64,000 nt of DNA from Parcubacteria group bacterium Gr01-1014_31. Lineage in GTDB: Bacteria; Patescibacteriota; Patescibacteriia; Buchananbacterales; GWA2-38-13. The stretch lies in assembly GCA_007376135.1 (NCBI GenBank), contig VMFR01000002.1, forward strand, positions 221,870 through 285,869. The letters are read 5' to 3'. The stretch's first letter is position 1. Every line of letters starts with the position of its first letter. This document shows positions 19,050-29,522 of the stretch, piece after piece. The translations under genes were made by a program, and so were the position numbers. Under the pieces are notes generated by a model that had not been told where the DNA came from, made no database searches, and saw nothing but the letters and a program-made list of their open reading frames with translations.

Positions 19050-20183
19050 CTAGCGGCGGACGATCTTTTTGAGCCCCCATTTCGCCAGCAGCCACAGCTG
19101 CCGTATGCTGGCGTCGGTAAGGATACTGATTACCGTGGCGAGCCGTGGCTGTTCGGGGCTGAGCCGTAAACGCAGCCCGGAGCAGCGTCGCGACAGTTCC
19201 ATCGCCTGCGTGGCGAGCAGGTCCAGGTAGTGTTCCTCCGCGCTGTAGGCGGACTGCCCTTCGCCGCGCGCTGCGGCGCAGAAGCGTTCCAGAATAACAG
19301 CCAGCCCGATCTCGTCGTCGGAGAATTTCGCGCCCGCGTAGGGGTTGTCCCAGGCGCTCAAGACGCGCGCGCCGTTCTCGCACTCCAGCCGTTGCAGGTC
19401 GCCCTGCAATCCGCGGCGCAGGAAATGGAATTCATCGAAGGTCGCGCCTTCGCGCAGAAATACCGTGTCACCAAAGATGCCGCCGCCTTCGGCTTCAATG
19501 TTGAGCGACCGCAGCGGGGAGCGGCGCGGCAGGTTTTTCGACGACGGGCCAAACAGCATGGTGGCGTGCTGGTCGTTCTGGAATTTGAAGTTCGTCTGCG
19601 TCGCCTGCGTGCCGTCGGGCTGGGGCATGGTCCAGGCGCGCAGCGCGATCAACCGGCTGTTGGGGAAATAGCGGCGCAGCTTGGCGACGCCATGGTAGGC
19701 AAACGTGTGGTGGTGGTTGTCGGCGGCAATGACCTTGCCCAGCTGGCCGCTGGCGATGATTTGGCGTTTCAATTGTTCCTCGGGGTAAAAGACCTGCTGT
19801 TCGGCCGTGGCGACCAGGATTCCCGCAGCGCGGATCTTTTTAATAAGGGCGGTGGCCTTGCCTACCGGGCGGCCTAATGGCGTTTCGTGCAGCAGCGGCC
19901 TGCGGTAGTCCAGCAGTTCGGTCAAAATGTCGGCCATTTGCGCGGGCGGCACCACCACAGTGACCGCGTCCACGCCACCGGCTTGCAATGCCGCGCGCCA
20001 ATCTTCCACCACGGGAAAACCGGCCGCACGCACGGCCGTTTGGCGTTCCGCGTTGCGCGTCGCAACGCCCACGATCTGGAGCACGCCGCGCTGTTGCAGT
20101 TCGCGGAAGACGGGGAGGTAGAGCGTCTGTGTTCGCACCCCGGCGCCGATGTGGAGAATTTTGGTTTGCGGAGCGGTTGCCAT
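19050..20183 (-). CDS. Gfo/Idh/MocA family oxidoreductase
   Basis: Rossmann IGAG, ETP motif (EKP variant), GQLGKV. Confidence 0.75.
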   Translation of the reverse strand: MATAPQTKILHIGAGVRTQTLYLPVFRELQQRGVLQIVGVATRNAERQTAVRAAGFPVVEDWRAALQAGGVDAVTVVVPPAQMADILTELLDYRRPLLHETPLGRPVGKATALIKKIRAAGILVATAEQQVFYPEEQLKRQIIASGQLGKVIAADNHHHTFAYHGVAKLRRYFPNSRLIALRAWTMPQPDGTQATQTNFKFQNDQHATMLFGPSSKNLPRRSPLRSLNIEAEGGGIFGDTVFLREGATFDEFHFLRRGLQGDLQRLECENGARVLSAWDNPYAGAKFSDDEIGLAVILERFCAAARGEGQSAYSAEEHYLDLLATQAMELSRRCSGLRLRLSPEQPRLATVISILTDASIRQLWLLAKWGLKKIVRR

Positions 20184-20197
20184 ACTTGCGTCGCCGT

Positions 20198-20791
20198 TCA
20201 CCGTCCGGCGTTCGGCAGTTTCATCCATTTGTTGGCCGTCAGGTGCCATGCGGCAGGGTCGGCGGTTTGCACGCGGTCCCACAGTTCTTTGGCGGCTGGC
20301 ATGTAAAATTTTTCGTCGCGGATCTTTTGGCGGAAGTGTTGCCACTTGGCGGGCAGCTGCGAGCCGCGTTCCGCCAGTTCCTTGAGCTCGAGATCGATGT
20401 CGAGATTGTCGGCGTCCTTGACGATCTTTGCCTCGCGTGATTTCCGTCCCTCGTACTCCTCGTGCAGCGCGCGGAAGTCTTCCCAGGCCGTGCCGGTGAA
20501 CAGGTCGGTAGCGGCGCGGGGCTCGTCGGCCGCCACATACACTTTCTGCATGTAGCTCAAATCCGAGGTGCGGCTTTCCGCCAGGTCGTGCAACAAGGCC
20601 ATCTTCATCACTTTGGCCTCATCGCAGCCGCCCTCGCGGCGGGCGATCAGCAGGGCCAGAAAAACCACGCGCATGGTGTGCTCCAGCACCGAGGCGCATT
20701 CCATGCCCAGATGCTGCCGCCAGCCCCGCGGCATCGGGCCGAGCGACCCCAACTCAAAAAGGAATTCCAGATCACGGGCAGGGTTTGCCAT
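20198..20791 (-). CDS. HD-domain hydrolase (YfbR/HDDC2-like)
   Basis: SVLEH, LLHDLAE and KDADNLD motifs. Confidence 0.9.
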   Translation of the reverse strand: MANPARDLEFLFELGSLGPMPRGWRQHLGMECASVLEHTMRVVFLALLIARREGGCDEAKVMKMALLHDLAESRTSDLSYMQKVYVAADEPRAATDLFTGTAWEDFRALHEEYEGRKSREAKIVKDADNLDIDLELKELAERGSQLPAKWQHFRQKIRDEKFYMPAAKELWDRVQTADPAAWHLTANKWMKLPNAGR

Positions 20792-20839
20792 AGCGTTTGG
20801 AGCGTACCACAACAACCAGTGCCGCTCAATATTGAATAT

Positions 20840-21868
20840 TCACTCAACCCGGCTGACCGGGGCGCCGAGGCGGTAATTGGCGAAGAACACGTCCGGCAGG
20901 TCGTCCACGCTCTTGGCCCAATTCGTTCCATAGAGGGCAGCGGCCACCTCGGGCGATGTGACCCAGCACAGCTCCCCGCCCCGCGCGACCGCGTAGATGC
21001 GCGGGTCAGTCTGCACTTTCACCAGCCGCACGCCTGGCCGATAGGTAACGTTGCCACCGATGGGCAGCTGCGCCAGAACGCCGGCATCCACCGTCGTGAC
21101 GCCGGAAAAATCCTTGTACCAGCTGAAGTAGACGCGGTCATTGGGAAAGACATACCGCTTGCCGTCCGCGCCGCAGTAGTAGACGGCTGAAAATTCCGGC
21201 GTTTTGATGAGCGTGCCGGACGCGCAGCCCGGGGTGCCGGACGGCGGGGAAAGCCGCTTGTCGTCGTTGATGGTCGGACTTGCCGCGGTTTGCTCATCGG
21301 GGCGGTAACGGGCCGCCATTTCCGACTGCCGCAGGCTTTCGTAGGGATTGATGGGGTTGCCGTCCGGCAACCATATTTCAAAATGCAAGTGTGCGCCGAC
21401 CTGTTCGGCGTTGCCCGAGTCCCCGGCAAATCCGACCACCTGGCCGCGGGCGACAACGGCGTCTTCCACGATGCCCGGCGCGAAGGCATATCCGGGTCCG
21501 CCGTTGCCGTCGTCGGTGCCCGGCGTGTCATTGTTCAAATGCAGGTAGCGGTACTGGTAGCCGTCCGCGTCTTGCAGGTACACGGCATAGCCCCAGGACG
21601 CTTCGGGGATGGTGAGGTAGCGCACGCGCGCGTCGGTGGCCGCGACCACGGGCGTGTGTTTGGCCGTCAGGATGTCCACCCCCTCGTGCGTGCGGCCATT
21701 GCTGCGCGGGTCGCCAAAATTATCCGAGTACGTGTACGCGCCGCTGACGGGAAAAACGATGTCGCGCACCGTTTCGGCGGCGCGCACCCGGGAATTACCG
21801 GCAAGCAGCAGGCATAAAAAAACGACGGTCGTAAGCAGCCGCCAGCGGTGTTGGTGCCTCCGCGCCAT
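20840..21868 (-). CDS. M23 family peptidase with CPR-type C-terminal repeats
   Basis: HEGVD and HLHFE motifs; repeats GTLIK..AVYY..DGKRYVFPN. Confidence 0.85.
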   Translation of the reverse strand: MARRHQHRWRLLTTVVFLCLLLAGNSRVRAAETVRDIVFPVSGAYTYSDNFGDPRSNGRTHEGVDILTAKHTPVVAATDARVRYLTIPEASWGYAVYLQDADGYQYRYLHLNNDTPGTDDGNGGPGYAFAPGIVEDAVVARGQVVGFAGDSGNAEQVGAHLHFEIWLPDGNPINPYESLRQSEMAARYRPDEQTAASPTINDDKRLSPPSGTPGCASGTLIKTPEFSAVYYCGADGKRYVFPNDRVYFSWYKDFSGVTTVDAGVLAQLPIGGNVTYRPGVRLVKVQTDPRIYAVARGGELCWVTSPEVAAALYGTNWAKSVDDLPDVFFANYRLGAPVSRVE

Positions 21869-21880
21869 ACGCTCCCTTGG

Positions 21881-22648
21881 CTACCGTAACCCCCACCAAA
21901 AAGTGACGACGACCGCCAAGGGGAATCCGAGGCAGGTGAAATACCAGGCAAGCTTTCCCAGCTGCGGATGTACCAGGTCGGCGAGGCGAACGAGCAGCAC
22001 AAATCCCAAAAACCAGCCGACCAGCAGTCCCGCGCCGGGAAGATGCGGCCGCTGGAGCGCGGCCGACGGCGCTCCGCCGCCCTTCACGTACCAGTTGACC
22101 CAGCCGTTCCATTTCATAATGCCCACGTGCAACGCGACGAAAACGAACATCAGGCGCACGCCCCAGTGCTGCGCGAACCACCAGAGTTTGCCGCCCATCG
22201 CCTTCATCATCGAGGCGTTGGAAATGGCGACCAGGACCACCAGCAGCATCGTCGCGGCCAGCCCGAAGGCGAAGGGCACTTTGCCGGTGGTGTAGAACCG
22301 AGCGACCGAAAAGTGGTCGCGGAGGAACAAGTACGACGCGGCCACGTGCGCCAGCGCGATGAACGCGCCGATCATACCCAGCTCTTTGCGGTATTTCAGG
22401 AAGCGGTCAAAGGCGGTGAAGTATTTCCCCAGCGGGCCTTGCAGTAGCACGATGCCAAACAGCACCGCGGCCACGCCCGCCAGCGCCTTGTTGGCGATGT
22501 AGAGGTTGTAGTAGCCGCGCCGGTACAGGAGGTAGGTGGAAAAAAGGGTAAACCACACCATGGCGTAGGCAAAGGCCCGGCTGTATTCTAGCTTTTCCTC
22601 GTTGCGCGCCGCCGGCGGAGCCGCGGGCGCGGGAATGGTTTGTTCCAT
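21881..22648 (-). CDS. Ferric-reductase-like (MsrQ-like) heme membrane protein
   Basis: RKELG motif, TM His residues, SN motif. Confidence 0.7.
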   Translation of the reverse strand: MEQTIPAPAAPPAARNEEKLEYSRAFAYAMVWFTLFSTYLLYRRGYYNLYIANKALAGVAAVLFGIVLLQGPLGKYFTAFDRFLKYRKELGMIGAFIALAHVAASYLFLRDHFSVARFYTTGKVPFAFGLAATMLLVVLVAISNASMMKAMGGKLWWFAQHWGVRLMFVFVALHVGIMKWNGWVNWYVKGGGAPSAALQRPHLPGAGLLVGWFLGFVLLVRLADLVHPQLGKLAWYFTCLGFPLAVVVTFWWGLR

Positions 22649-22736
22649 ACCTATGTATAGTAGCATTTTTCCGTACTGGTGCTGTAGGGAACAAAAAAAC
22701 GGGATGCAGCTCCTGCATCCCGTTCGATGAGGAAAC

Positions 22737-24131
22737 TTAGCGGGAAGGACTGCGGTGGCGGGCCCGGGACCCTTCCGTCTGCCAGACCCGGCGGCCGCGG
22801 CGCGCGTTGCCGTGCGGACGGCTCAGGGTGGAACGGCCGTAGGTTCCGCCGTTCCCGGGGCGCTCTTCCGACCGTCGGGCGTGGCGCGGGGAGCCATAGC
22901 GGCTGCTGCCATGGCCGGCATCGGCGAATGGCGCACGCCGGGCCGGCGCGAAGCGGGGACGCGCGGGCATCGGACGCGCGGGCGCGAGTTCCGGCGGGGA
23001 CGACAGCGTCAAGGTGGTTCTGGTCAGTCGTTCGATATCGCGCACCTGGCCGCGCTGGTCGGGAGCGACGAATGTCACGGCGCGGCCGGTTTTCCCGGCG
23101 CGGGCCGTACGGCCGATGCGGTGCACGTAGTCCTCGGGGTCGTCGGGGATGTCGAAGTTGACCACCAGCTCGATGTCCTGCACGTCAATGCCCCGGGCGG
23201 CAATGTCGGTGGCGACCAAGATGCGGTACTTGCCGGATTTGAATCCCTCCATGGCCGCGCGGCGCTGGCTGAGCGAACGGTTGGAGTGCAGCTCGGTCAC
23301 CTGGTGGCCCATGCCGCCGATCGCGCGGCAGATGCGCTTGGCGCCGTGCTTGGTGCGGGAGAACACCAGGATGGTGCCGTGGTAGCGGGCAACCAAGGTG
23401 TCCAGCAGCCGCAGCTTGTCCTCTTTTTTGACCATAAAGAATTCCTGCTCCACATTCTTGACCAAGGTTCCCGCGCGCGCCACCTCGATCTGCAGGGGGA
23501 GTTGCATGAATTGCGTCGCGAGCTGCACGATCTCTTTGGGCATGGTGGCGGAGAACAACATGGTCTGGCGTTCGCGCGGCAGGGCCTGTAGCACCCGCTT
23601 GATCTGGGGTGCAAAGCCCATGTCCAGCATCCGGTCTGCCTCATCCAGCACCACGATCGTGTGGAGCCCAAGGTCAATGCTCTTCTGCTGGACGTGGTCC
23701 AGCAGCCGGCCAGGGGTGGCCACCACGACGTGCGGCTTGTTGCGCAGGGCCTGCAGCTGCGGTCCCATCGGCGCGCCGCCGATGAGCACCGACGTGCGCA
23801 ACCCCAACGCGCTGCCGATCTTTCGCAGCACTTCGTCCACCTGCAGCGCCAGCTCGCGGGTCGGCAACAGGACCAGGCCGCGCCCCTTGGATTGACCCAG
23901 GCGCTGGATCATCGGCACGCCGAACGCCAAGGTTTTGCCGGTGCCCGTCTGGGCGATACCAATGATGTCCTTGCCGCTGATGGCGACCGGGATTGCCTGG
24001 TGCTGGATGGGCGTGGGTGTGGTGAATCCTTGGCGGGTCAGGGCGGCGAGGAAATTTTCCGCGATACCCAGTCCCGCGAAACTGGTCGGGGTTGGGAGAT
24101 TAGTTGTGGCTTGGGGATGTTTGGCATGCAT
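22737..24131 (-). CDS. DEAD-box RNA helicase
   Basis: Q motif, AQTGTGKT, DEAD, SAT and HRIGRTAR. Confidence 0.97.
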   Translation of the reverse strand: MHAKHPQATTNLPTPTSFAGLGIAENFLAALTRQGFTTPTPIQHQAIPVAISGKDIIGIAQTGTGKTLAFGVPMIQRLGQSKGRGLVLLPTRELALQVDEVLRKIGSALGLRTSVLIGGAPMGPQLQALRNKPHVVVATPGRLLDHVQQKSIDLGLHTIVVLDEADRMLDMGFAPQIKRVLQALPRERQTMLFSATMPKEIVQLATQFMQLPLQIEVARAGTLVKNVEQEFFMVKKEDKLRLLDTLVARYHGTILVFSRTKHGAKRICRAIGGMGHQVTELHSNRSLSQRRAAMEGFKSGKYRILVATDIAARGIDVQDIELVVNFDIPDDPEDYVHRIGRTARAGKTGRAVTFVAPDQRGQVRDIERLTRTTLTLSSPPELAPARPMPARPRFAPARRAPFADAGHGSSRYGSPRHARRSEERPGNGGTYGRSTLSRPHGNARRGRRVWQTEGSRARHRSPSR

Positions 24132-24194
24132 AGTTCAGGGGGAAATACAGCAAATTGAGTATACCATATGCTTCCGGTTTCCAAACCGAAAAAC

Positions 24195-24222
24195 AAAAAC
24201 ACCCCCGAGGCGGGGTGTTTTT
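24195..24222. terminator. Bidirectional terminator
   Basis: AAAAACACCCC-GAGGC-GGGGTGTTTTT. Confidence 0.65.
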
Positions 24223-24238
24223 GCCGAAGTCTGGGGAA

Positions 24239-24844
24239 CTACCGGGTAAAGGTGAAACTTTTTACCATTTCCTCAAAGATGGCCGCGTCCGCGGGGGCGC
24301 CGTCGGCGGAAGTAAAGATGAGGCGGTAGAGCTGGCTGCCTTTGGTGAACTGGTATTCAATGACCACGTAGCCGTTGCGCACGCCCGCATAGCGGTTCGC
24401 GGTTGAGCCGCCAACTGTGGTGCTGGTTTTTTCCAGGTCGACGGTGGCATCGGCGATGTCGGCGGGCGTTTTACCGGAGACTTCAATGACCAGCATCCCA
24501 AGGTACTCGCTGCCCAGCCCCGGCAAGGGATTGCGGTCGGCCATGAAGTAGTCGGTCACCGCCGGGTTGCTCGCAGCGATGTCGTTTTTCATCAGGTGTT
24601 GCCAGTACCATTTTTCCGGCCGGCGGATGCGGTACCCCATCGCGCCGTTCTCGTAATCGGCATAGGTGACGGGCGCGCCGCTGGCCGGGGAACTTGATGG
24701 CGTTGCGCTCACGGTCGGCGATGGCAGCGGTGTGGGTGCCGTGTTGATGTTGCCGTTCTCAATAACGGCGGGTTTCGGCGTACAGCCGGCGAGGAACAAC
24801 AGAGCAGTAATGATTATACCGAATCGAACGATGGGTGAATTCAT
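24239..24844 (-). CDS. Lipoprotein, PsbP-like
   Basis: Lipobox LAGC, Pro/Thr linker, C-terminal FEEMVKSFTF. Confidence 0.7.
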   Translation of the reverse strand: MNSPIVRFGIIITALLFLAGCTPKPAVIENGNINTAPTPLPSPTVSATPSSSPASGAPVTYADYENGAMGYRIRRPEKWYWQHLMKNDIAASNPAVTDYFMADRNPLPGLGSEYLGMLVIEVSGKTPADIADATVDLEKTSTTVGGSTANRYAGVRNGYVVIEYQFTKGSQLYRLIFTSADGAPADAAIFEEMVKSFTFTR

Positions 24845-24851
24845 AAGACTA

Positions 24852-25412
24852 TTATTTTATCCAAAATCCAGAAACTTCAGCCAAGAATAATGTGGGTATG
24901 CTCATTAATGTTAGTAGCCAGAGAAAGAAAATGAATTTTAGTATTTTGTAATCTTTAAATTTTAATATTTGGGGTATTGATTCCTTATTGAGTATTGCCT
25001 GTTCAATTTCATCTCCTTCGATAAGCAATTGTTCTGCTCTGGCTGCATAGTCATAATATGATTTCCGGGTTGCAGCTATATGCCTAATTTTTGCGAGTAA
25101 AGTTTTTTGGTGATAATTTTTCAAAGTTTGAGATATGTCTCTGTATTTGATGAATGTCTCAATGGTGAATAGCAAGAAAGATAATGCGACTATGCGTGCC
25201 AATATTTGTATAAACCCTGAGGAGAATTCATCTTTCTTTGCGAATACAATTGTTAGCAGGACTCCGACGAAAGATATGATGGTAAGCTTTATTTTAAGTA
25301 AATAATCATCGAAACTTTTGGAATATTCCATTAAGGTTTTATAGATTTCTGTTTTTTCAATAAATTCTTGTTTTGTTATTTTCTGCCGTTCATCATCGCT
25401 AGCGGCTTCCAT
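24852..25412 (-). CDS. AT-rich hypothetical membrane protein
   Basis: Three TM segments. Markedly lower GC than the flanks; lies next to a tRNA. Confidence 0.7.
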   Translation of the reverse strand: MEAASDDERQKITKQEFIEKTEIYKTLMEYSKSFDDYLLKIKLTIISFVGVLLTIVFAKKDEFSSGFIQILARIVALSFLLFTIETFIKYRDISQTLKNYHQKTLLAKIRHIAATRKSYYDYAARAEQLLIEGDEIEQAILNKESIPQILKFKDYKILKFIFFLWLLTLMSIPTLFLAEVSGFWIK

Positions 25413-25578
25413 ATAAATATTTGCTATACAATCAATCTTTTGGCCACCCCACCGGGTTCCCACATTGTCCCGCCTCACGGCGGGATGCTCATAATTGCTG
25501 CGAAATTTATTTCACTTCGTTCATAAATTTCGGCAATTATGGCAAAAGCTCGTCCGTATTGATTCTGACAAATTTTTT

Positions 25579-25650
25579 TAGCCCCACCGGGAATCGAACC
25601 CGGGTTCCCACATTGAAAGCGTGGTGTCCTAGCCACTAGACGATGGGGCC
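25579..25650 (-). tRNA. tRNA-Glu(TTC)
   Basis: GGCCCCATCGTCTAGTGGCTAGGAC-ACCACG CT TTC AA TGTGG-GAACCCGGGTTCGATTCCCGGTGGGGCTA. CCA not encoded. Confidence 0.97.
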
Positions 25651-25734
25651 AAAAAAATTTGTCAGAATATTAATTTGAGAAATGCCAGTTTGTGGAAGTT
25701 GAGGCCGCGGGCCGAAATCCCGCTATCTTGCGGG

Positions 25735-25831
25735 ATGTGGTGTCTGCCCCGTCGGACCTGTTCCGTCGAATGGCGGGATGACGGGGTCCTAGCCACTACC
25801 CCGCCGCTGGCGGGGCAGGGACGATTCTGCC
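25735..25831 (-). pseudogene. Fragmented tRNA-Glu 5' half interrupted by GC hairpins
   Basis: GGCAGAATCGTC[insert]TAGTGGCTAGGAC[insert]ACCAC. Confidence 0.5.
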
Positions 25832-25911
25832 ATAACACGCGTAGCGGGGAGTCCCGCTACCTGGCCTATGATACGGGAGAACGGGTGAATCGTCAATGCA
25901 ACGCTGCGCGC

Positions 25912-26661
25912 TCAATCCCGGCGCGTGAGAACGAAATTGCGGGTGCCAAACCACTGCGCCATGCGGTCGGTGTAGGTAACCCCGGCGCTATTGAGGGAAA
26001 GTTCGTAGGCGACCCACTGGCGCAGGTATTCGTCCTGTCGTTCTTTCGGCACAGCCTTGGACAACTCTTTCAGCGCGTAGAGATTGAAGAATTTTTCTTC
26101 CTGGATGGCGAGGCCGGCATCATTGAGCCAGGTTCGGAAATCGTTCTCGCGGACGAATGCTTGGTAGTCGGCTTCGTTGCCGCGCATCGCCCGCCAACGC
26201 CTGCGCCAGTCGCGGAAGCGTTCGCGCCACGGATAGTTGCCCTGCAGCCGTGCCAGGAAATGGCCGGCGTCGTAGTTGAGGTACATCACCGTGCCGGGCT
26301 GCAGCCAGCGGGCGCAGGTGCGCAGGTACCGCGGGCGCTGGTAGACGTGTTCCAGCACGCTGAACGAGACCACGACATCGAACCGTTCGTTAGCTGTAGG
26401 CGCGACATCGTAGACCGGCGTGGTGCGGATGTCGGCGTTGCAGCCCCTGAGAGCGGTTTTCGCGCGCGCGCAGGCGGCCGCATCGGGGTCCAGGCCGACG
26501 TAGCGCACTTGCGGGAACGCGCGCAGCAAAAGCGCGAAGTGGAGGCCGTCCCCGCAGCCCAGGTCCGCGATGCTCAGTCGCCCGCCGCGCTGGGTAATGA
26601 GCTGGGCGATACGGTCGAGGCAGTAGAGTTTTGCGGCGTTGCCGCCGGTCCAAATATCCAT
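25912..26661 (-). CDS. Class I SAM-dependent methyltransferase
   Basis: DLGCGDG motif I, FDVVVSFSVLEH. Confidence 0.9.
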   Translation of the reverse strand: MDIWTGGNAAKLYCLDRIAQLITQRGGRLSIADLGCGDGLHFALLLRAFPQVRYVGLDPDAAACARAKTALRGCNADIRTTPVYDVAPTANERFDVVVSFSVLEHVYQRPRYLRTCARWLQPGTVMYLNYDAGHFLARLQGNYPWRERFRDWRRRWRAMRGNEADYQAFVRENDFRTWLNDAGLAIQEEKFFNLYALKELSKAVPKERQDEYLRQWVAYELSLNSAGVTYTDRMAQWFGTRNFVLTRRD

Positions 26662-26735
26662 ATGGCCATTATAGGAGGAACCTGAGGCACAAACCAGCCG
26701 GCGCTTGGCGCGCCGGCTGGAAGTTTATGGGCTGG

Positions 26736-29090
26736 TTACCGGACCTCGTCGCCCATTGGATAGTAGTCCAGGTGCACGCGGCTGACATTGACGACGTGCG
26801 ACCGCGGCAGCGACAGTGCATCGTAGGCCGCCGGATCGGCGATGCGGCGCTTCACACCATTGTCCAGCAGATAGACGTCCGTTTCGCCGTCAACCTTCAC
26901 CAGCCGGACCTGGGGGTAGCTTTCCATGTCGATCTCGTTGATGACGACGACATTGCCCCAGTAGTTGCCCGGGTAGGAAACGAACACCGTAGGCGAAGGG
27001 AGGCCCAACTTTAGCCAGCGTTCCTGCGGGCGCTTGTAGAGGTAGTGGATCTGCGGGTCCGCGGGAGTTCGCACCAGCCGCGCGTCCGGGTAGCGGTCCA
27101 GCGTCGCCTGCGACACCTCGCGGACGTCGGGCCATTGGTAGCCGTAGGCGGCAAAGGAGGCCGGGCCGGCGATGAGGTGCTTTTGGCCGTTCAAAATGGC
27201 GTAGACGTCCGGGGTGCCTGCCACGCGCAGCAGCGCGGAAGCCTGGGTGTACAGCAGGTTGGAGCTGCCTAGCACCTGGCCACTGGACGGGTACGACGGC
27301 GCGATGGTCACGGTCGTTGGCCCAGACTTCGGCAGCCAGCGCCCGACGCCCTCGGTGTACAGCAGTTTGATCTCGCTGTCGGTCAGCGCGCGGCCAAAGA
27401 TGGTCAGCTCGTCCAGCGTGATGTCGCCGTTGACGATGCCGAACGACGCATTCTGCGTCCCGCCGACCAGGAACGCGTCGAGCAAACCGGCTGGCGTGGC
27501 CGACAGGGTCGCTGCTTCGCGCTTCAATCCGCGGTAAGCGTGGGTTTGGGCCGGCTCGCCATTGACGTACACTTTGCCGGCGCCCCCGTCGAAATCCCAC
27601 GAGACGGTCATGAACATCCACTGGCCGGCGGCTGGCGCTGCATTTTGTACGAAGTAGCGATAGTCCACGTCGTCGGCATCTTCCAGGCCGAAGTAGAGCT
27701 TGTTCTTCTCATTGAGGTAGACGTTGGCGATGCCCTTGGCGCCGGTTTTGCCGATGGTCAGGTATTTATCGTTGACCTGTTGGTAGGCGGCGTTATTGGT
27801 GAACAGTTGATGGTGGATGTCGTCGCTGTTGTCCCAGTTGGGTTTGAACCAGAACGCAATGGTGCCCGCGGACGGGTTGGCGTTGTCGCGCCCGTCGTAC
27901 TGCACGCGCGTTACGTCCGTCAGGGTCACACCTTCACTGCGGCGGCCGCCAGAGTTTTCCGTCACCGACGGCACCCCCAGGGCGATGCCCAGCGGGTCGC
28001 CAAGCGAAAAGTCCCCGTGCAGCCCCTGGTCGTAGCTGGCGTAGAACATCAGGTCATGGCGCGACGTCACGCCCAGGACGCGGCCGCTATTGTCGTAGGC
28101 GGCCGGCGTGCCGGCGCGATCGCGCGTCACGAAGCTCAACGCCGTCGTTTTCGCGTTGGCGGAAAACAGGTCCTTGGATTCCACTGAGAAATAGTAGGTG
28201 GTGTTGGGCTGCAGGCCGGTGATCTGCGCGGTGTGCGTGTAGTCGCGCGGTCCGCTGATGGTGATGGTACGGCCAAGCTTGTCGGTCGGGCCCCAGCGCA
28301 CCACGCCATTGGCCAGGGTGGTCGAGCGCCAGGAAATTTCCGCGGACGTATCCGCCAGCCCCGGGTCATTCCCGGACACCGGACGGATGGCGGTCAGCTC
28401 CAGCACGGGACGGTTCGCCGCGCTGGTCGTGCGGAAGCTCAACCCCTCGGATACGGCAGTGTTGCCGCCGCTGTCCTTGGATTTGACGCGGAAGTGGTAC
28501 GTCGTCAGGGGCTTCAGTCCCGTGATGAGCATTTCATGCACGGTGACGCGGGCGCCGTCCTGTTTTTTGCTGCCGTAGTTGGAGGTCAGGCCGTACTCCA
28601 CCAGACTGTCGGTGGCCTCATCGGTGCGCCACTGGACAAGCACCTCCGTGCCGCCCTGGTAGGGAACGGCAACGTCGGTCAAACCGGGCGCGTCGCGGTC
28701 AACGGCCTTGGTCGTTTTGAAGGTCTGGTCAAAACTGGCCGTTTCCTGGCCGGGGCTCGAGGAGATGACCCGGAAGTGGTAGGTGGTCTCCCCCCTCAGG
28801 CCGTTGAGGGTGACCTGGTGGCTGGAACGCTGTTCGCCCTCGTAGCCGACGGTGGAACCGTGCGCGGACGTCAGGCCGTACTCCACGCGTCCGGTCGAGG
28901 GGATGTTGGTCGACCAGCTGATAGTCGCCGTTGAGTCCAGGGCGCTGACCCGGATGTTCGCAACAATGAGCGCCAGTTGCCCATGGACAACAAAAGGAGC
29001 TACGGCAAACAGGATTGCCGCGCTCAATGAGATAATGAAATTCGGGGTGATTCGCTCCATACCATGAACTATAGGACGTAAAAAAGGCAT
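26736..29090 (-). CDS. Cell-surface protein: three FN3-like domains, LamG-like domain, CPR-type C-terminal repeats
   Basis: Repeated W.T.....VEYG...H...L.GL...TTYHFRV, GTIAFW...LDELTIFGRAL, signal peptide. Confidence 0.85.
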   Translation of the reverse strand: MPFLRPIVHGMERITPNFIISLSAAILFAVAPFVVHGQLALIVANIRVSALDSTATISWSTNIPSTGRVEYGLTSAHGSTVGYEGEQRSSHQVTLNGLRGETTYHFRVISSSPGQETASFDQTFKTTKAVDRDAPGLTDVAVPYQGGTEVLVQWRTDEATDSLVEYGLTSNYGSKKQDGARVTVHEMLITGLKPLTTYHFRVKSKDSGGNTAVSEGLSFRTTSAANRPVLELTAIRPVSGNDPGLADTSAEISWRSTTLANGVVRWGPTDKLGRTITISGPRDYTHTAQITGLQPNTTYYFSVESKDLFSANAKTTALSFVTRDRAGTPAAYDNSGRVLGVTSRHDLMFYASYDQGLHGDFSLGDPLGIALGVPSVTENSGGRRSEGVTLTDVTRVQYDGRDNANPSAGTIAFWFKPNWDNSDDIHHQLFTNNAAYQQVNDKYLTIGKTGAKGIANVYLNEKNKLYFGLEDADDVDYRYFVQNAAPAAGQWMFMTVSWDFDGGAGKVYVNGEPAQTHAYRGLKREAATLSATPAGLLDAFLVGGTQNASFGIVNGDITLDELTIFGRALTDSEIKLLYTEGVGRWLPKSGPTTVTIAPSYPSSGQVLGSSNLLYTQASALLRVAGTPDVYAILNGQKHLIAGPASFAAYGYQWPDVREVSQATLDRYPDARLVRTPADPQIHYLYKRPQERWLKLGLPSPTVFVSYPGNYWGNVVVINEIDMESYPQVRLVKVDGETDVYLLDNGVKRRIADPAAYDALSLPRSHVVNVSRVHLDYYPMGDEVR

Positions 29091-29224
29091 AATTTAGCTT
29101 ATTTTTACGATTTTTCATATTACCATAAGTCAAAAGTTTTGTCAATAGAAACGAAAAAAGGACTGTTTGCTCCGCGAGCATACAGCCCTTTTGCGTTACC
29201 TTCCTTTGGGTTCCCAAGTCTTCC

Positions 29225-29389
29225 CTAGCGGACGACCGGCTTTCCCTGCAGTTCTTTCGGGATGAACTTCCTGCAGATCGGGCACGGACTCCGTCCTGGG
29301 TAGCGGACGCCATGTCCGCAGCATTGGGATGAAAAGAACTGTTTGAATTGGTCAACGAGGAAGGTGAACATTCCTAGCTTTTTTTGCAT
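29225..29389 (-). CDS. Small Cys-containing protein
   Basis: SD AAGGAG; CCGH...CPIC; 54 aa. Confidence 0.5.
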   Translation of the reverse strand: MQKKLGMFTFLVDQFKQFFSSQCCGHGVRYPGRSPCPICRKFIPKELQGKPVVR

Positions 29390-29522
29390 GGGACTCCTTC
29401 CTGCAAAAGGGCATTTTTGTTTAAAAAGCACTATACCATTTATTAAAACTTTTGTCAATGCATCCGTGGTAAATGTTTGTTTCGTAGCAACTGACCCCGT
29501 ATAATGGATAGGTGTTTTCCCT

